Shown here in pieces: positions 24,425 to 33,939 of a stretch of DNA of 45,427 bases. Origin of the DNA: a virus. Position 1 is the first letter of the stretch, and every line of letters starts with the position of its first letter. Location of the stretch: positions 1 through 45,427 of IMG/VR virus record IMGVR_UViG_3300045988_086513; one strand, given 5' to 3'. Under the pieces are notes generated by a model. It made no database searches. It saw only the letters and a program-made list of their open reading frames with translations, and was not told the DNA's origin. Both the position numbers and the translations under genes were made by a program.

Positions 24425-27401
24425 TGTAAGTAATGCATTCGAACAGAAAATAGAAAGTGGTTTTCCCGTCACGGAGGAAGTGCAGATCACATTTGCAAAC
24501 GGTGTGGTTAAGACGGTCAGAGACGAGATTCTGAATGCTGATAACGAGATCGCAGACGGCATTGATGGAAATTCGTTCCCGATCGGAACCACGGTGTGCA
24601 AAACCTGTGGGCTTGCACTGGACAATTCTTCGGAGCAGTGGAAAGATTATGATTTCTTCGGCGCAAAGCTGAAAGTCCGGTTAAAAATGACGCTGGACGA
24701 TGGGACCGTGGAAACCATCAACAAAGGCACATATACAGTTACTGTGCCGGAAGAATACGGAGAAGATGTGGAGCTGACGGCTCTGGACGATATGTACAAA
24801 GCCAACAAGACTTACACCACAAACTTACAGTTTCCGCAGACCGCTTTTTCTGTGCTTCGGGATGCCTGCCAGACCTGCGGTATCTCGCTTGGAGTAACAT
24901 CTATGGTTCACGGTGATGTGCAGATTTCGGCAATTCCAGAAGGTGTGACCTTCCGCGTTGTGATCGGATGTATTGCAATGCTGGATTCAGCCAATGCAAG
25001 AATCGATACAGATGGATATCTGCAGTTCCTCAAGTGGGATTTTTCAGACATCGAGGACACGGACAACGCGGCAGTGGTCAATTCTGATGGATTTGTTACC
25101 TTTGATGGCGGTTCAAACAGTGATCCCGATGATTATGTAATACCGACAGGAACCTGGGTGATTGATTCCGCCGGGTACCTTCACCTGCAGGGCAAGAAAA
25201 CAGAATCCATAGATGCGGAGCTGAGAGAATATATAAGCTCTCCAACGCTTTCCACGGACGATATTGTCATTACCGGCATCCGTGTAAAAAGCGGTGACGC
25301 TTCTTATTTATACGGCAAGACTGGATATGTTATTGAGTTGGAAAATAATCTTTTGCAGTCTGATCAGGTACAGACTGTAGCAAGTTGGATTGGTGATAAC
25401 CTTATTGGCATCAGATTCCGAAGCATGGAAGGAGATCTTCTGTATAATCCACTCATAGAGTTTGGAGATATGGCACGGACCTATGACCGGAAAGGAAATT
25501 CCTACATCACGCCGATCACTTATGCAGCAAGTCCGTTAAATGGAAAAACCACCCTGAAAACACAGGCGGAGAGTCCGATCCGCGGAACCAGTAAGTATTA
25601 TTCAGAAAATACAAAGACAGTTGTGGAAGCGAGAAAGCTTGTGCAGCAGGAAAAGTCTGCAAGGAATAAAGCTCTGAAAGAACTGAAAGAAGGTCTTACG
25701 GATGGATCTGGTATGTACGAAACCTCTGTCAAGCAAGAGGACGGAAGTGTTATATCATATGTCCACGATAAGCCGACAATTGAGAAATCAAAGATTGTGA
25801 TCAAACTCACTTCTAATGCGATCGGCATCAGCAATGACGGTGGTCAGACGTATCCATGTGGTTTTATCTTCAACGGGACGCTTATCACGAAAATATTGGC
25901 AGCTGAAGGGATTAATGCGGATTACATCGATACCGGTGCACTTACAGTTAAGGATGAGAAAGGAAACATCATTTTCCAGGCAGACATTGACAACAAGACA
26001 GTCCGGATATCCAGTGACTGCATCATGATTGGTGATCGTGCTCTTACAAAAGCATTCGAAGACATGGAAAATACGGTTGCAGAAAGCAAGAACATGAGCG
26101 TTCAGCTGAGTAATGAGTACCAGGCAATTCCTGCCGACGCAAAGGGCAATATTATAGGTGCATTTCCGGAAGTAAAAACCACGGTATCTGTGCTGTACGG
26201 AACTACAGATATCAGTAATGATTGTTCTTATACTGTACAGAAATCCGACACTGTGACAGGCTACTGGGGGTTGAAAGATCATACATACACCGTCACAGCT
26301 CTTACGGGGGATTCTGGGTGGGTTGATATTCGTGTAACTTACTTGCAGACACTGTCCATCACTAAGAGATTTACCGTGATCAAACAGCGCGGAGGAAAGC
26401 CAGGTAGGACTTACATCCTAGAACCGTCTTGCAATGTCGTAAAGCGTAGTGCGGATAAGGTGCTGTGTCCTAATTTCCTGGAATTTAAGGCATATTACAT
26501 GGACGGCGATTCCACCCAGAGAGTTGCGTACAAAGGCAGAATGGTCATTGAGCAGACTACCGATGGCGAGAAATGGACGACCATATACACCAGCTCCACA
26601 GATGAGGATGCTGTAAAACGCTATCTTGATGATACGGCACTGGATATCACGAATATCCGGTGTAGGCTGTATGCAGCAGGCGGAACTACTGATATGCTGG
26701 ACATGCAGAGTGTGACGATTGTCATAGATGTAGAAGCACTGACAGCAGAGCAAATCGTAGATATCCTGACCAATAAGGGTGAATGGAAAGGACTGTATTA
26801 CCTGAACGGACACCTTTATATCAGTTTTGATGCCGCTCTTGGAGGCGTGCTGACATTAGGGGGCGAATACAATGGAGATGGTCGAATGATAATGCGTAGA
26901 AGTGACGGTACACCTTTTGGGAGTATTGATAATGACGGGATTACTTTCTTCCAGTCTTATACAGAAAACGATACATCCTATGATTATGAAGGGTATCGCC
27001 TGACAAAAGATGGAGTAAAGAAAGTAAGCGGAATCAAGAGCACGGATGTATCTATACCAGATATTGTAACAAATGACGATTTTGTTATTGATTTTAATAA
27101 GATTCGCAAATATTCAGGTAAGATGCTATTGCAGACAAGTACTGTCACGCTGAGCGTTCCGAGTTTTAAGCCATCAGTTACTCGGCCGGTATCGGCAACA
27201 TTTTCGAAGTTGTCAGATGCTGCTGAATGCGTAGCTATATTTCAGGGTGTGACAGGGGCGGCAGGAAAGATTAGTTGTTGCAATTACAATGTAGAAGGAA
27301 ACAAGATATCAGCAGTGTTTGCCAATCTCGGAGATGAGGTATTGGGCGGTACAGCAGTATTCCAGGTTTTGCAGTATGGATATATCGGAGAAGAATATTA
27401 A
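24417..27401 (+). CDS. Tail tip / receptor-binding tail protein (994 aa)
   Basis: A large protein after the Dit-like gene with a TTG start and a GGGGTG RBS. The N-terminus is typical of prophage tail proteins. Confidence 0.65.
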   Translation: MINVSNAFEQKIESGFPVTEEVQITFANGVVKTVRDEILNADNEIADGIDGNSFPIGTTVCKTCGLALDNSSEQWKDYDFFGAKLKVRLKMTLDDGTVETINKGTYTVTVPEEYGEDVELTALDDMYKANKTYTTNLQFPQTAFSVLRDACQTCGISLGVTSMVHGDVQISAIPEGVTFRVVIGCIAMLDSANARIDTDGYLQFLKWDFSDIEDTDNAAVVNSDGFVTFDGGSNSDPDDYVIPTGTWVIDSAGYLHLQGKKTESIDAELREYISSPTLSTDDIVITGIRVKSGDASYLYGKTGYVIELENNLLQSDQVQTVASWIGDNLIGIRFRSMEGDLLYNPLIEFGDMARTYDRKGNSYITPITYAASPLNGKTTLKTQAESPIRGTSKYYSENTKTVVEARKLVQQEKSARNKALKELKEGLTDGSGMYETSVKQEDGSVISYVHDKPTIEKSKIVIKLTSNAIGISNDGGQTYPCGFIFNGTLITKILAAEGINADYIDTGALTVKDEKGNIIFQADIDNKTVRISSDCIMIGDRALTKAFEDMENTVAESKNMSVQLSNEYQAIPADAKGNIIGAFPEVKTTVSVLYGTTDISNDCSYTVQKSDTVTGYWGLKDHTYTVTALTGDSGWVDIRVTYLQTLSITKRFTVIKQRGGKPGRTYILEPSCNVVKRSADKVLCPNFLEFKAYYMDGDSTQRVAYKGRMVIEQTTDGEKWTTIYTSSTDEDAVKRYLDDTALDITNIRCRLYAAGGTTDMLDMQSVTIVIDVEALTAEQIVDILTNKGEWKGLYYLNGHLYISFDAALGGVLTLGGEYNGDGRMIMRRSDGTPFGSIDNDGITFFQSYTENDTSYDYEGYRLTKDGVKKVSGIKSTDVSIPDIVTNDDFVIDFNKIRKYSGKMLLQTSTVTLSVPSFKPSVTRPVSATFSKLSDAAECVAIFQGVTGAAGKISCCNYNVEGNKISAVFANLGDEVLGGTAVFQVLQYGYIGEEY

Positions 27402-27414
27402 ACAGGAGGTACAT

Positions 27415-29064
27415 ATGCAGAAAAATAACATCGAAGTACTGAGAAAAATTCTTTATGCGGTAGAAAGCGGCGGTCAGGTTTATGGCTGCCAGAATTATGC
27501 AGCATTCATCGGAGCGGGCGCAAATTGTGCAAATGAGAAAGCAATTACGATCGGAGCTGGTCAGTGGTATGCTGGAGAAGCAAAAAAACTCTTGCAGAAA
27601 ATTCAGAGGGCAGATCCGGCGCAGTTCAAGAAGCTCGACACGCAGAGTATTGAGTCAGATCTACTCAAAAAGGACTGGTCTACATATGCGATTGCCGCAA
27701 CTTCCGCAAAGGCGAAGTGTATTGTTGCGATCATCAACTCAACGACTGGCAAAAAATGTCAGGATGAACTGATGGACGAGCAGATTACCGAATATGCTGC
27801 CAGCATTGCAAAGACCTATGGCTCTATGCCGGACACCGCTATGATGGAGTGTATCAATATCATTCATCAGGGCGGCTCATCTGCGCTGAAAAGGATCCTT
27901 GCTAAGACCGCAAAACCTTACACAGCCAAGAGTATCTACGCGGCTCTGAATACAGACCCCGCCGATCCGCGTACCAATCAGGTCGGAGATTATACCACGC
28001 GCCAGAAAAAGGTATATGAATTTATTACAAAATATGCTTTAGATACAGCAACCGGAGCAGCTACCACAACAGAAAACAAGAAGGAGGAAAGCACAATGTC
28101 AACAGCACAGCAGAGAATCGACAAGGCTATTACCTGGATGGAAGAAACCGCAAAGGATGACAGACACGGATATTGCCAGGATCATCGTTGGGGCGAAGAT
28201 GGAGACTACGATTGTTCTTCTGCTGTAATCACGGCATGGGAACAGGCGGGCGTGCCGGTAAAGAGTAAAGGGGCAACCTACACCGGAAATATGCTGTCAG
28301 TATTCAAAGCGAACGGATTTGTAGACATGACAGCACAGGTCAACAGATCTACAGGCGCAGGCTTGAAACGCGGTGATGTGCTGCTGAATACCGTGCATCA
28401 TACCGCCATGTATTGCGGTGATGGGAAAGAAGTCGAAGCTTCCATCAACGAGAAAGGCACAGCCCACGGCGGTACACCGGGTGATCAGACAGGAAAAGAG
28501 TTCCTGATTCGTACATATCGTAATTATCCATGGACAAATGTTCTAAGATATATCGGAGGAAACAGCGCAACAGCTACAACCAAGAATTATCTTGAAATTG
28601 GAGATTCAGGAGCAGCAGTAAAGACCATGCAGCTCATGCTGATCGAATGCGGTTATTCTTGTGGAACGGCAGGAGCAGACGGTGAGTTTGGATCCGGAAC
28701 AGATGCCGCTCTGAGAAAATTCCAGAAAGATAACAGTCTTGTCGTAGATGGTCAGTACGGACCAGCATCCAAGATGAGACTGACTGCACTCCATAATGCG
28801 AAAGCCAGTGGGAATGGGTCTGAAAACAAAACTCCATCCAAGACACCGAAATGGGTAGGAGCTGTCAATACAAATGAGCTCAATGTTCGCACCGGAGCCG
28901 GGACAAAAAATCCAAAACTTATCGCTTATCCGCTCCTGAGACAGCATAATCTTGTCGATGTGTGTGATACTGTTCGTGCTACTGACGGCACGGACTGGTA
29001 CTATATCCGTATTGCAGGCAAGTACTATGGTTATGTATGCGGAAAGTATATCAGCAGAGTATAG
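27415..29064 (+). CDS. Multidomain endolysin (N-terminal lysozyme/transglycosylase-like, NlpC/P60-like, PG_binding_1, SH3)
   Basis: Four regions: AVESGG in the N-domain; DCSSAV...HHTAMY in a Cys/His peptidase-like core; LEIGDSGAAVKTMQLML...DGEFG (PG_binding_1); and an SH3-like C-terminus. The RBS is AGGAGG. Confidence 0.8.
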   Translation: MQKNNIEVLRKILYAVESGGQVYGCQNYAAFIGAGANCANEKAITIGAGQWYAGEAKKLLQKIQRADPAQFKKLDTQSIESDLLKKDWSTYAIAATSAKAKCIVAIINSTTGKKCQDELMDEQITEYAASIAKTYGSMPDTAMMECINIIHQGGSSALKRILAKTAKPYTAKSIYAALNTDPADPRTNQVGDYTTRQKKVYEFITKYALDTATGAATTTENKKEESTMSTAQQRIDKAITWMEETAKDDRHGYCQDHRWGEDGDYDCSSAVITAWEQAGVPVKSKGATYTGNMLSVFKANGFVDMTAQVNRSTGAGLKRGDVLLNTVHHTAMYCGDGKEVEASINEKGTAHGGTPGDQTGKEFLIRTYRNYPWTNVLRYIGGNSATATTKNYLEIGDSGAAVKTMQLMLIECGYSCGTAGADGEFGSGTDAALRKFQKDNSLVVDGQYGPASKMRLTALHNAKASGNGSENKTPSKTPKWVGAVNTNELNVRTGAGTKNPKLIAYPLLRQHNLVDVCDTVRATDGTDWYYIRIAGKYYGYVCGKYISRV

Positions 29065-29077
29065 TATAAAGAAAAAT

Positions 29078-29100
29078 CCCGGCAGGTACCCACTGCCGGG
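29078..29100. terminator. Hairpin terminator between the endolysin and the integrase module
   Basis: CCCGGCAG (29078-85) pairs with CTGCCGGG (29093-100). A U-rich tract follows on the minus strand and an A-run precedes on the plus strand. Confidence 0.6.
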
Positions 29101-29130
29101 AGGATATTGTATCATCTGTTTCACCATTAT

Positions 29131-29395
29131 ATAGAACGATGTAGATTATTACCGTTAGTCACAGGTTAGTCACAAAACAATTATGATGCAAGTCTGGAAC
29201 ACCGCAAAAACAAGGGATTTCGCTAAAAATGGAAAATAAAGTACATTAAGTATGAGATAAAATAAGCAAGCATTGGAAAACACCCGCAAAATGTGGAAAA
29301 AGCCTGTAAAATCAATGGTTTGCAAGTGACTGATAGAACGATTTAAAGTGAATAAATGCAAGATAAACAGGAACGGTTAGTCACAGTTAGTCACA
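29131..29395. promoter_or_regulatory. attP-like region with integrase arm-type repeats
   Basis: Tandem GTTAGTCACA at 29154-63 and 29165-74, and again at 29376-85 and 29386-95. ATAGAACGAT at 29131-40 and 29333-42. The core is AT-rich. Confidence 0.5.
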
Positions 29396-30554
29396 AAAAT
29401 GGAACCTTTATTTTTTCGATTTCCGTGCGGAGTTCTTCCAGAGTCCTATGCCCATATACGGCGTTTGTGATATCATTTCCAAAAGAATGCCCAAGCATTC
29501 GTTTACGATCATTTTCACGAACGCCGTATTTTTCACATAAAGCAGAAAAAGTGTGCCGGCAGTCATGAGGAGTGTGCTTCGGGTTTCCGACAATTCCCAA
29601 TCGTTCCAATGTTGGATAGAAATGTGCACGCCGGTGATGCGTCTGTGTGTAAGGATAGAGTTTTCCATTTTGAGACAAAACTTTTTGCTTGGCAAAATCA
29701 TAAATTGCAGGATGAATTGGAACAACTCTGTTTTTTCCAGACTTTGTCTTGATACCGCCCTGAAAATAATGTTCTTCAAGGTTAGTTGTTAATTTAAGGA
29801 CTTCACCAATTCTCCAGCCAGAATAACACATAATGAGAATAAGCTGCACTTCTGGATCATCCGTATTGCACCACAGGATCTGCAGTTCCTGATCAGAAAA
29901 AGGCGTTCCGTGTTCCACGTCATCCTTTGAGTTTATAGTTACATACAATGCTTTATTTTCAGAGACGATTTCTGCATAGATGGCATATTTGTACATTTGC
30001 TTAAAAAGTATCAAGAGTGCGGAGAGACTCGACTTTTTCAGTGTGCAGTCATCAATCACCTTTTGCAGATCAGGGGCTTTCAGGTCTTCAAATATGCATT
30101 CGTGGATAGAGGCAGTTCTTTTGTATGCAGACTGGTAAGATGCTTTGGAACTACGGGATAATTCAGTATCTTCTGGAAATTTCCATGCCATAAACTGTTC
30201 GTATACTTCAGAGAATGTAAATTTATGTATTTCCGGATGCTTTTCTTCCACACCTTTAATTGTATTGTAATCTGAGATAATACGATGTATGAGAGAATCT
30301 ACATCTGTTGTAGGAGATATTTCAAGGGTTTCTTCCATGCCTGGCTGATATGTACCAGCTTTATAGGCAGTAAGAACCGTAAATCCTTTCAGATAATCAT
30401 CCACATAACAGATTGCCGGTGGACGGACTGTTTTTCCGGTTTTATCAATGGTAGCTGGTGGATGCACGGCATAACAATTTCGCCGCCCTTTACCAAGATA
30501 CCGGATGCTCCCGAAGTTATTTGGCAGTTTGGGATATTTCTTTCTTTTTGCCAT
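29391..30554 (-). CDS. int: Tyrosine integrase (387 aa)
   Basis: The C-terminus HDCRHTF...LGHS...VYGH carries the R-H-R-Y catalytic signature. The start MAKRKKYPK has an AAGGAAG RBS. Confidence 0.85.
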   Translation of the reverse strand: MAKRKKYPKLPNNFGSIRYLGKGRRNCYAVHPPATIDKTGKTVRPPAICYVDDYLKGFTVLTAYKAGTYQPGMEETLEISPTTDVDSLIHRIISDYNTIKGVEEKHPEIHKFTFSEVYEQFMAWKFPEDTELSRSSKASYQSAYKRTASIHECIFEDLKAPDLQKVIDDCTLKKSSLSALLILFKQMYKYAIYAEIVSENKALYVTINSKDDVEHGTPFSDQELQILWCNTDDPEVQLILIMCYSGWRIGEVLKLTTNLEEHYFQGGIKTKSGKNRVVPIHPAIYDFAKQKVLSQNGKLYPYTQTHHRRAHFYPTLERLGIVGNPKHTPHDCRHTFSALCEKYGVRENDRKRMLGHSFGNDITNAVYGHRTLEELRTEIEKIKVPFL

Positions 30555-30613
30555 AATATCATCTTCCTTTCTTAAAATTGGGTACAAAAATAACAGACAC
30601 ACAAATGTTCTGG

Positions 30614-30715
30614 TTGTATGTCTGCTCCGAAGATGATACAATATGTTTGCGTTTGAAGCATCTCTTCGGAGATTCTTGAGCCGTCCTTGTGCTGGTAACA
30701 CAGGGGCGGTTTTTT
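30614..30715 (+). ncRNA. Candidate plus-strand small RNA antisense to the int leader
   Basis: TTGTAT (30614-19), a 17-nt spacer, then TACAAT (30637-42). A UUCG hairpin lies at 30660-73. An 11-bp terminator stem (30681-91/30699-709) is followed by T6. Its G-U pairs make it specific to the plus strand. Confidence 0.4.
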
Positions 30716-30716
30716 A

Positions 30717-32204
30717 TTATAATTTTCTCAAATTGTTGCGAGGGCCTTTGAACAGGCAGACTGTGTATGGATCAGGCATTTCGTAATCGCCCCACAGAGT
30801 ATGCAAGATATCCGATGTTCTGATCTCAGGATCAGTAGCAGAACTGAGTGGGATATCGAGTTCAGCAGACTGACGAAATTCTTCTGCGAGCATAGTTTTA
30901 TTGAATTCGGCTGTTGGATCAATAGAAAGCACCAATCGCTCCAAGTCATCAATATTTACTTTAAAAAATTCTTTTCGAAGATTTACTTTATTAAGTCGTT
31001 GCTCATTTAGCATATCATGCATTTTTTTCTCAAGTCCGACAGCATCTTTTGAAAAAATAAAGCTGTGAACATCGAATTTAAACGGAACACTTGCACTTCC
31101 CAGTTCGTTCACTCTGTCTTGAGGATCTAGTCGGCGGGTCATACCTATTTTGAATACATCTTTACCGAAAGAACCTAAGTTACTAATGATGTATACATTA
31201 CCTGCTTTTCCATTCTGGAGATTAGTAATCTCTTCTTTTTTAACAGCTACACCAGATAATTGATGTTGAAGTTCTAAAATTTTGGCTTTTAATTTATCAA
31301 CTTCTTCGCTTGAAGATGCCTGTTCTAAGGAAGTTTTTACTTTTTCAATTTCAGCGACATATTTACTTTCTTCTTTTTCAATTTTCTTTCGTTCAAGTTC
31401 AAGAGCCTTTCGCTCTTCTGCCTCTTGTCGCATTTGCTCTTTTAAAGCCATTTGTTCCTGTCGAGCCTGTTCTCTTTTGACATAATAGTTATATTCAATT
31501 TTCACTGCATTAATAAAGAGATATTCAATTTCTCCGACGAACTTGGTAAGTGTGCCAGCTATGCTCTGATTTCCCTCACCTGCGATTTTTAAATATTTTG
31601 CAGTGACGGAATGGACATCATCAATTGACTTCTCAAGTTTTTCATATTTTAAATTGTAAAGAATATTCTGTAATTCTGCTCGTAAAGCGATTACCATTAG
31701 TGAATAAATAGATTTGTTTGCTTTGGTTGTATAGCGAGATTCGTATAAACTAAGCAATTTATCTATTTGTTTCTCATTGTCTTTGTACGCCTTTCTGAGT
31801 TCCTTTACGTCCATAGAATGTAATTGTAAGATTACAGATGGGGCAAGACAATCGAAATCACTTTTATCGTGAGGATTTAAGCGGCAGTTATTGTATGGTA
31901 TGTTAGATGATAAAAAGGTATCTAATGCATATTCTACACTTCGATATAGCTCCTTGTACCGAGATAGTTTATTGGCCTGAGTGGTTACTTGCTTATCTAG
32001 TTTTTGCTGTTGAGCTGATAAAGAGGAAATTTCTTCCCGTTGTTTGGATAAGATTGAATTATTATCAGAAATTTCCTGATTCATTTTGTCAAGGCGTTCA
32101 CTAATTTGAAAATATTCATCTGCGTGCAAAAGTTGTAGTTTTCGTTTTAAGGCTTCATTTTCTTCCTTGATTTTGCCAACTCTAAAAAAATCCAAAAATC
32201 CCAT
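30717..32204 (-). CDS. DUF4041 / T5orf172 (GIY-YIG-superfamily-like) protein, 495 aa
   Basis: A long coiled-coil N-region is followed by NVYIISNLGSFGKDVFKIGMTRRLDPQDRVNELGSASVPFKFDVH, which resembles T5orf172. The RBS is AAAGGAG. Confidence 0.75.
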   Translation of the reverse strand: MGFLDFFRVGKIKEENEALKRKLQLLHADEYFQISERLDKMNQEISDNNSILSKQREEISSLSAQQQKLDKQVTTQANKLSRYKELYRSVEYALDTFLSSNIPYNNCRLNPHDKSDFDCLAPSVILQLHSMDVKELRKAYKDNEKQIDKLLSLYESRYTTKANKSIYSLMVIALRAELQNILYNLKYEKLEKSIDDVHSVTAKYLKIAGEGNQSIAGTLTKFVGEIEYLFINAVKIEYNYYVKREQARQEQMALKEQMRQEAEERKALELERKKIEKEESKYVAEIEKVKTSLEQASSSEEVDKLKAKILELQHQLSGVAVKKEEITNLQNGKAGNVYIISNLGSFGKDVFKIGMTRRLDPQDRVNELGSASVPFKFDVHSFIFSKDAVGLEKKMHDMLNEQRLNKVNLRKEFFKVNIDDLERLVLSIDPTAEFNKTMLAEEFRQSAELDIPLSSATDPEIRTSDILHTLWGDYEMPDPYTVCLFKGPRNNLRKL

Positions 32205-32226
32205 ACGCTTTTTTCTCCTTTGTTTT

Positions 32227-32691
32227 TTATCCAGCAGAAATTATTCGCATAACCGCGAACGGTTCAAAATAAATAACATAATTGTCAACAGCAACACACA
32301 CGCCGTATTTAGATCTGTAGCATCGAATAGCTTCTCTCAGGTATTCTTCTGTAGCATCCAGAAAATCTGCCATCTCATATAGATTTCTGCATCCGGCTTC
32401 ATAGGCTCTGGTCAGACCGGTTAATCCGATCTTGAGGTTATAACCGTATAATCTGGCACGGTATTCCTGCTTCTGTTTCATAATATTATCCTGATCCAAA
32501 ATATCCCCGGAACTGGTACGATCATGTCCAATCTCTTCGGCAAGCACGCAAGATTTCTCGGCTTGTGTTTCTATATCTTTTCGGATTGCTATCCGTTTTC
32601 CTTTAAGCAGACCGTCATGTTTGGTAAGTTTTTTCTCTTTTACCAATAGACCATCCTGATCGGCAGCAGTCAGTAACTGTTCATATGTCAA
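32227..32691 (-). CDS. ImmA/IrrE-like metallopeptidase-family protein (154 aa)
   Basis: GKRIAIRKDI...CVLAEEIGHDRTS...YEAGCRNLYEMADFLD is typical of prophage ImmA-like proteins. The motif here is AEEIGH, not HExxH. Confidence 0.65.
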   Translation of the reverse strand: MTYEQLLTAADQDGLLVKEKKLTKHDGLLKGKRIAIRKDIETQAEKSCVLAEEIGHDRTSSGDILDQDNIMKQKQEYRARLYGYNLKIGLTGLTRAYEAGCRNLYEMADFLDATEEYLREAIRCYRSKYGVCVAVDNYVIYFEPFAVMRIISAG

Positions 32692-32722
32692 TAAGCATCA
32701 CTCCTTAAACGGAAATAAAAAA

Positions 32723-33001
32723 TCAACAATAGAAGCTGATATTTTTGAAGGTTGCATACCAGAGATCAAGAATATCCTTGCTTCGAGCTTCTATGGTTTG
32801 CATGATAAAGCGGAGCTGTTTTGCAGGAATTTTGGATTTATTATGGCAAAGTAGACATTTACCATTTTGGGTAATCCAAATCTTGGTTGCAGTAGGTGAA
32901 GGAACTCCTTCACACACATGAACATGTACTGGTTCTAAAGGATCGTTTTCGTTCATCCAAAAATATATAACATATGAGCCAATCTTAAAAACTCGAGGCA
33001 T
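32723..33001 (-). CDS. DUF4160-family protein (92 aa)
   Basis: IYFWMNENDPLEPVHVHV... is characteristic of DUF4160. Confidence 0.7.
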   Translation of the reverse strand: MPRVFKIGSYVIYFWMNENDPLEPVHVHVCEGVPSPTATKIWITQNGKCLLCHNKSKIPAKQLRFIMQTIEARSKDILDLWYATFKNISFYC

Positions 33002-33275
33002 CGTCTATTCCTCCTTCAAAACCGCCTTCACGTGCTAACTGCATAATGATGTGGGCTACAGAAGATAAAAAATCCTGAAAATATTTAATTTCTTCGTCAG
33101 AAAAACCTTCTATATTTTCCCATCTATATTCTGGAAGCCAACAGGTAGCAGAATGAAAGCCGCCATAAACAGGTTTTTCAATACGCACTTCTACTTGCTC
33201 TTTTCCATCTTTTTCGATGGATTCAGAGTGAACTATTTCTGTGTTATCGTTAAGAGTCATAAATGGATACATCAT
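32985..33275 (-). CDS. Hypothetical protein (96 aa)
   Basis: The start at 33275 follows an AAAGGAG RBS. The gene overlaps the DUF4160 gene by 17 nt. Confidence 0.5.
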   Translation of the reverse strand: MMYPFMTLNDNTEIVHSESIEKDGKEQVEVRIEKPVYGGFHSATCWLPEYRWENIEGFSDEEIKYFQDFLSSVAHIIMQLAREGGFEGGIDDASSF

Positions 33276-33291
33276 AATAAAAATCTCCTTT

Positions 33292-33783
33292 CTATTCCCA
33301 TTCTGAATCATCATTCATAATATCAAGATCATGCTGAACACCCTCAGGTGTCTGCGCAACGTCTGTACGGGCATGGGCGGCGAGAACATCGATAGTAGTA
33401 ATGTTATCTGATTCTTCGGATGGTTCCTCTATCTGTGGAGCAGAATCACGAAGTTCGATAATATGATCGTATTCTTTCTGGAGAACTGTAGTAACCATAT
33501 CTTTACCGTGAGCATCAAGTTCGCGGTATTTTTTTATTATATTTTCAAATTCCTCTGGGGACGCTTCATTTTTATATAATTGTTTAGTCTCATCTTGAAA
33601 GAGGTAATTTGCATCACAATGTAAAATATCGAACAAATCATATAAAAGAGTTGCACGAGGGGAATTAACATCTGTTTCCCAACTTCCAATAGCACTTTGA
33701 CTAACGCCCAATCTTTCAGCTAATGCTGGCTGTGTAATACCAAGTTCTTTACGCTTATCCCTTAATCTACTTCCAAAACTCAT
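33292..33783 (-). CDS. XRE-family (CI-like) phage repressor (163 aa)
   Basis: LRDKRKELGITQPALAERLGVSQSAIGSWE is an HTH motif. The gene is divergent from a cro-like gene. Confidence 0.8.
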   Translation of the reverse strand: MSFGSRLRDKRKELGITQPALAERLGVSQSAIGSWETDVNSPRATLLYDLFDILHCDANYLFQDETKQLYKNEASPEEFENIIKKYRELDAHGKDMVTTVLQKEYDHIIELRDSAPQIEEPSEESDNITTIDVLAAHARTDVAQTPEGVQHDLDIMNDDSEWE

Positions 33784-33805
33784 CGTCCTACCTCCTTATA
33801 TTGAG

Positions 33806-33918
33806 ATATTACTACAAAAAAATGGTACAGTCAATAAAAAACCAGAAAAACTGATAAAAACATATTGACAAACCAGAAAAAAACTGATATAATATGCAGA
33901 TGTACCAGAAAAACAGGT
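33806..33918. promoter_or_regulatory. Genetic switch: back-to-back promoters with three ACCAGAAAAA operators
   Basis: Rightward promoter: TTGACA (33865-70), 17 nt, TATAAT (33888-93). Leftward promoter: TTGACT (33834-29), 17 nt, TAATAT (33811-06). Operator repeats lie at 33841-55, 33872-88 and 33904-18. Confidence 0.65.
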
Positions 33919-33939
33919 AAAGAAAGGAGGAAAACCAGA

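Noticed and set aside
29170-29361. 63-aa minus-strand ORF in the attP region
   Set aside because: It lies in AT-rich recombination-site DNA, has no RBS and gives a hydrophobic low-complexity translation.
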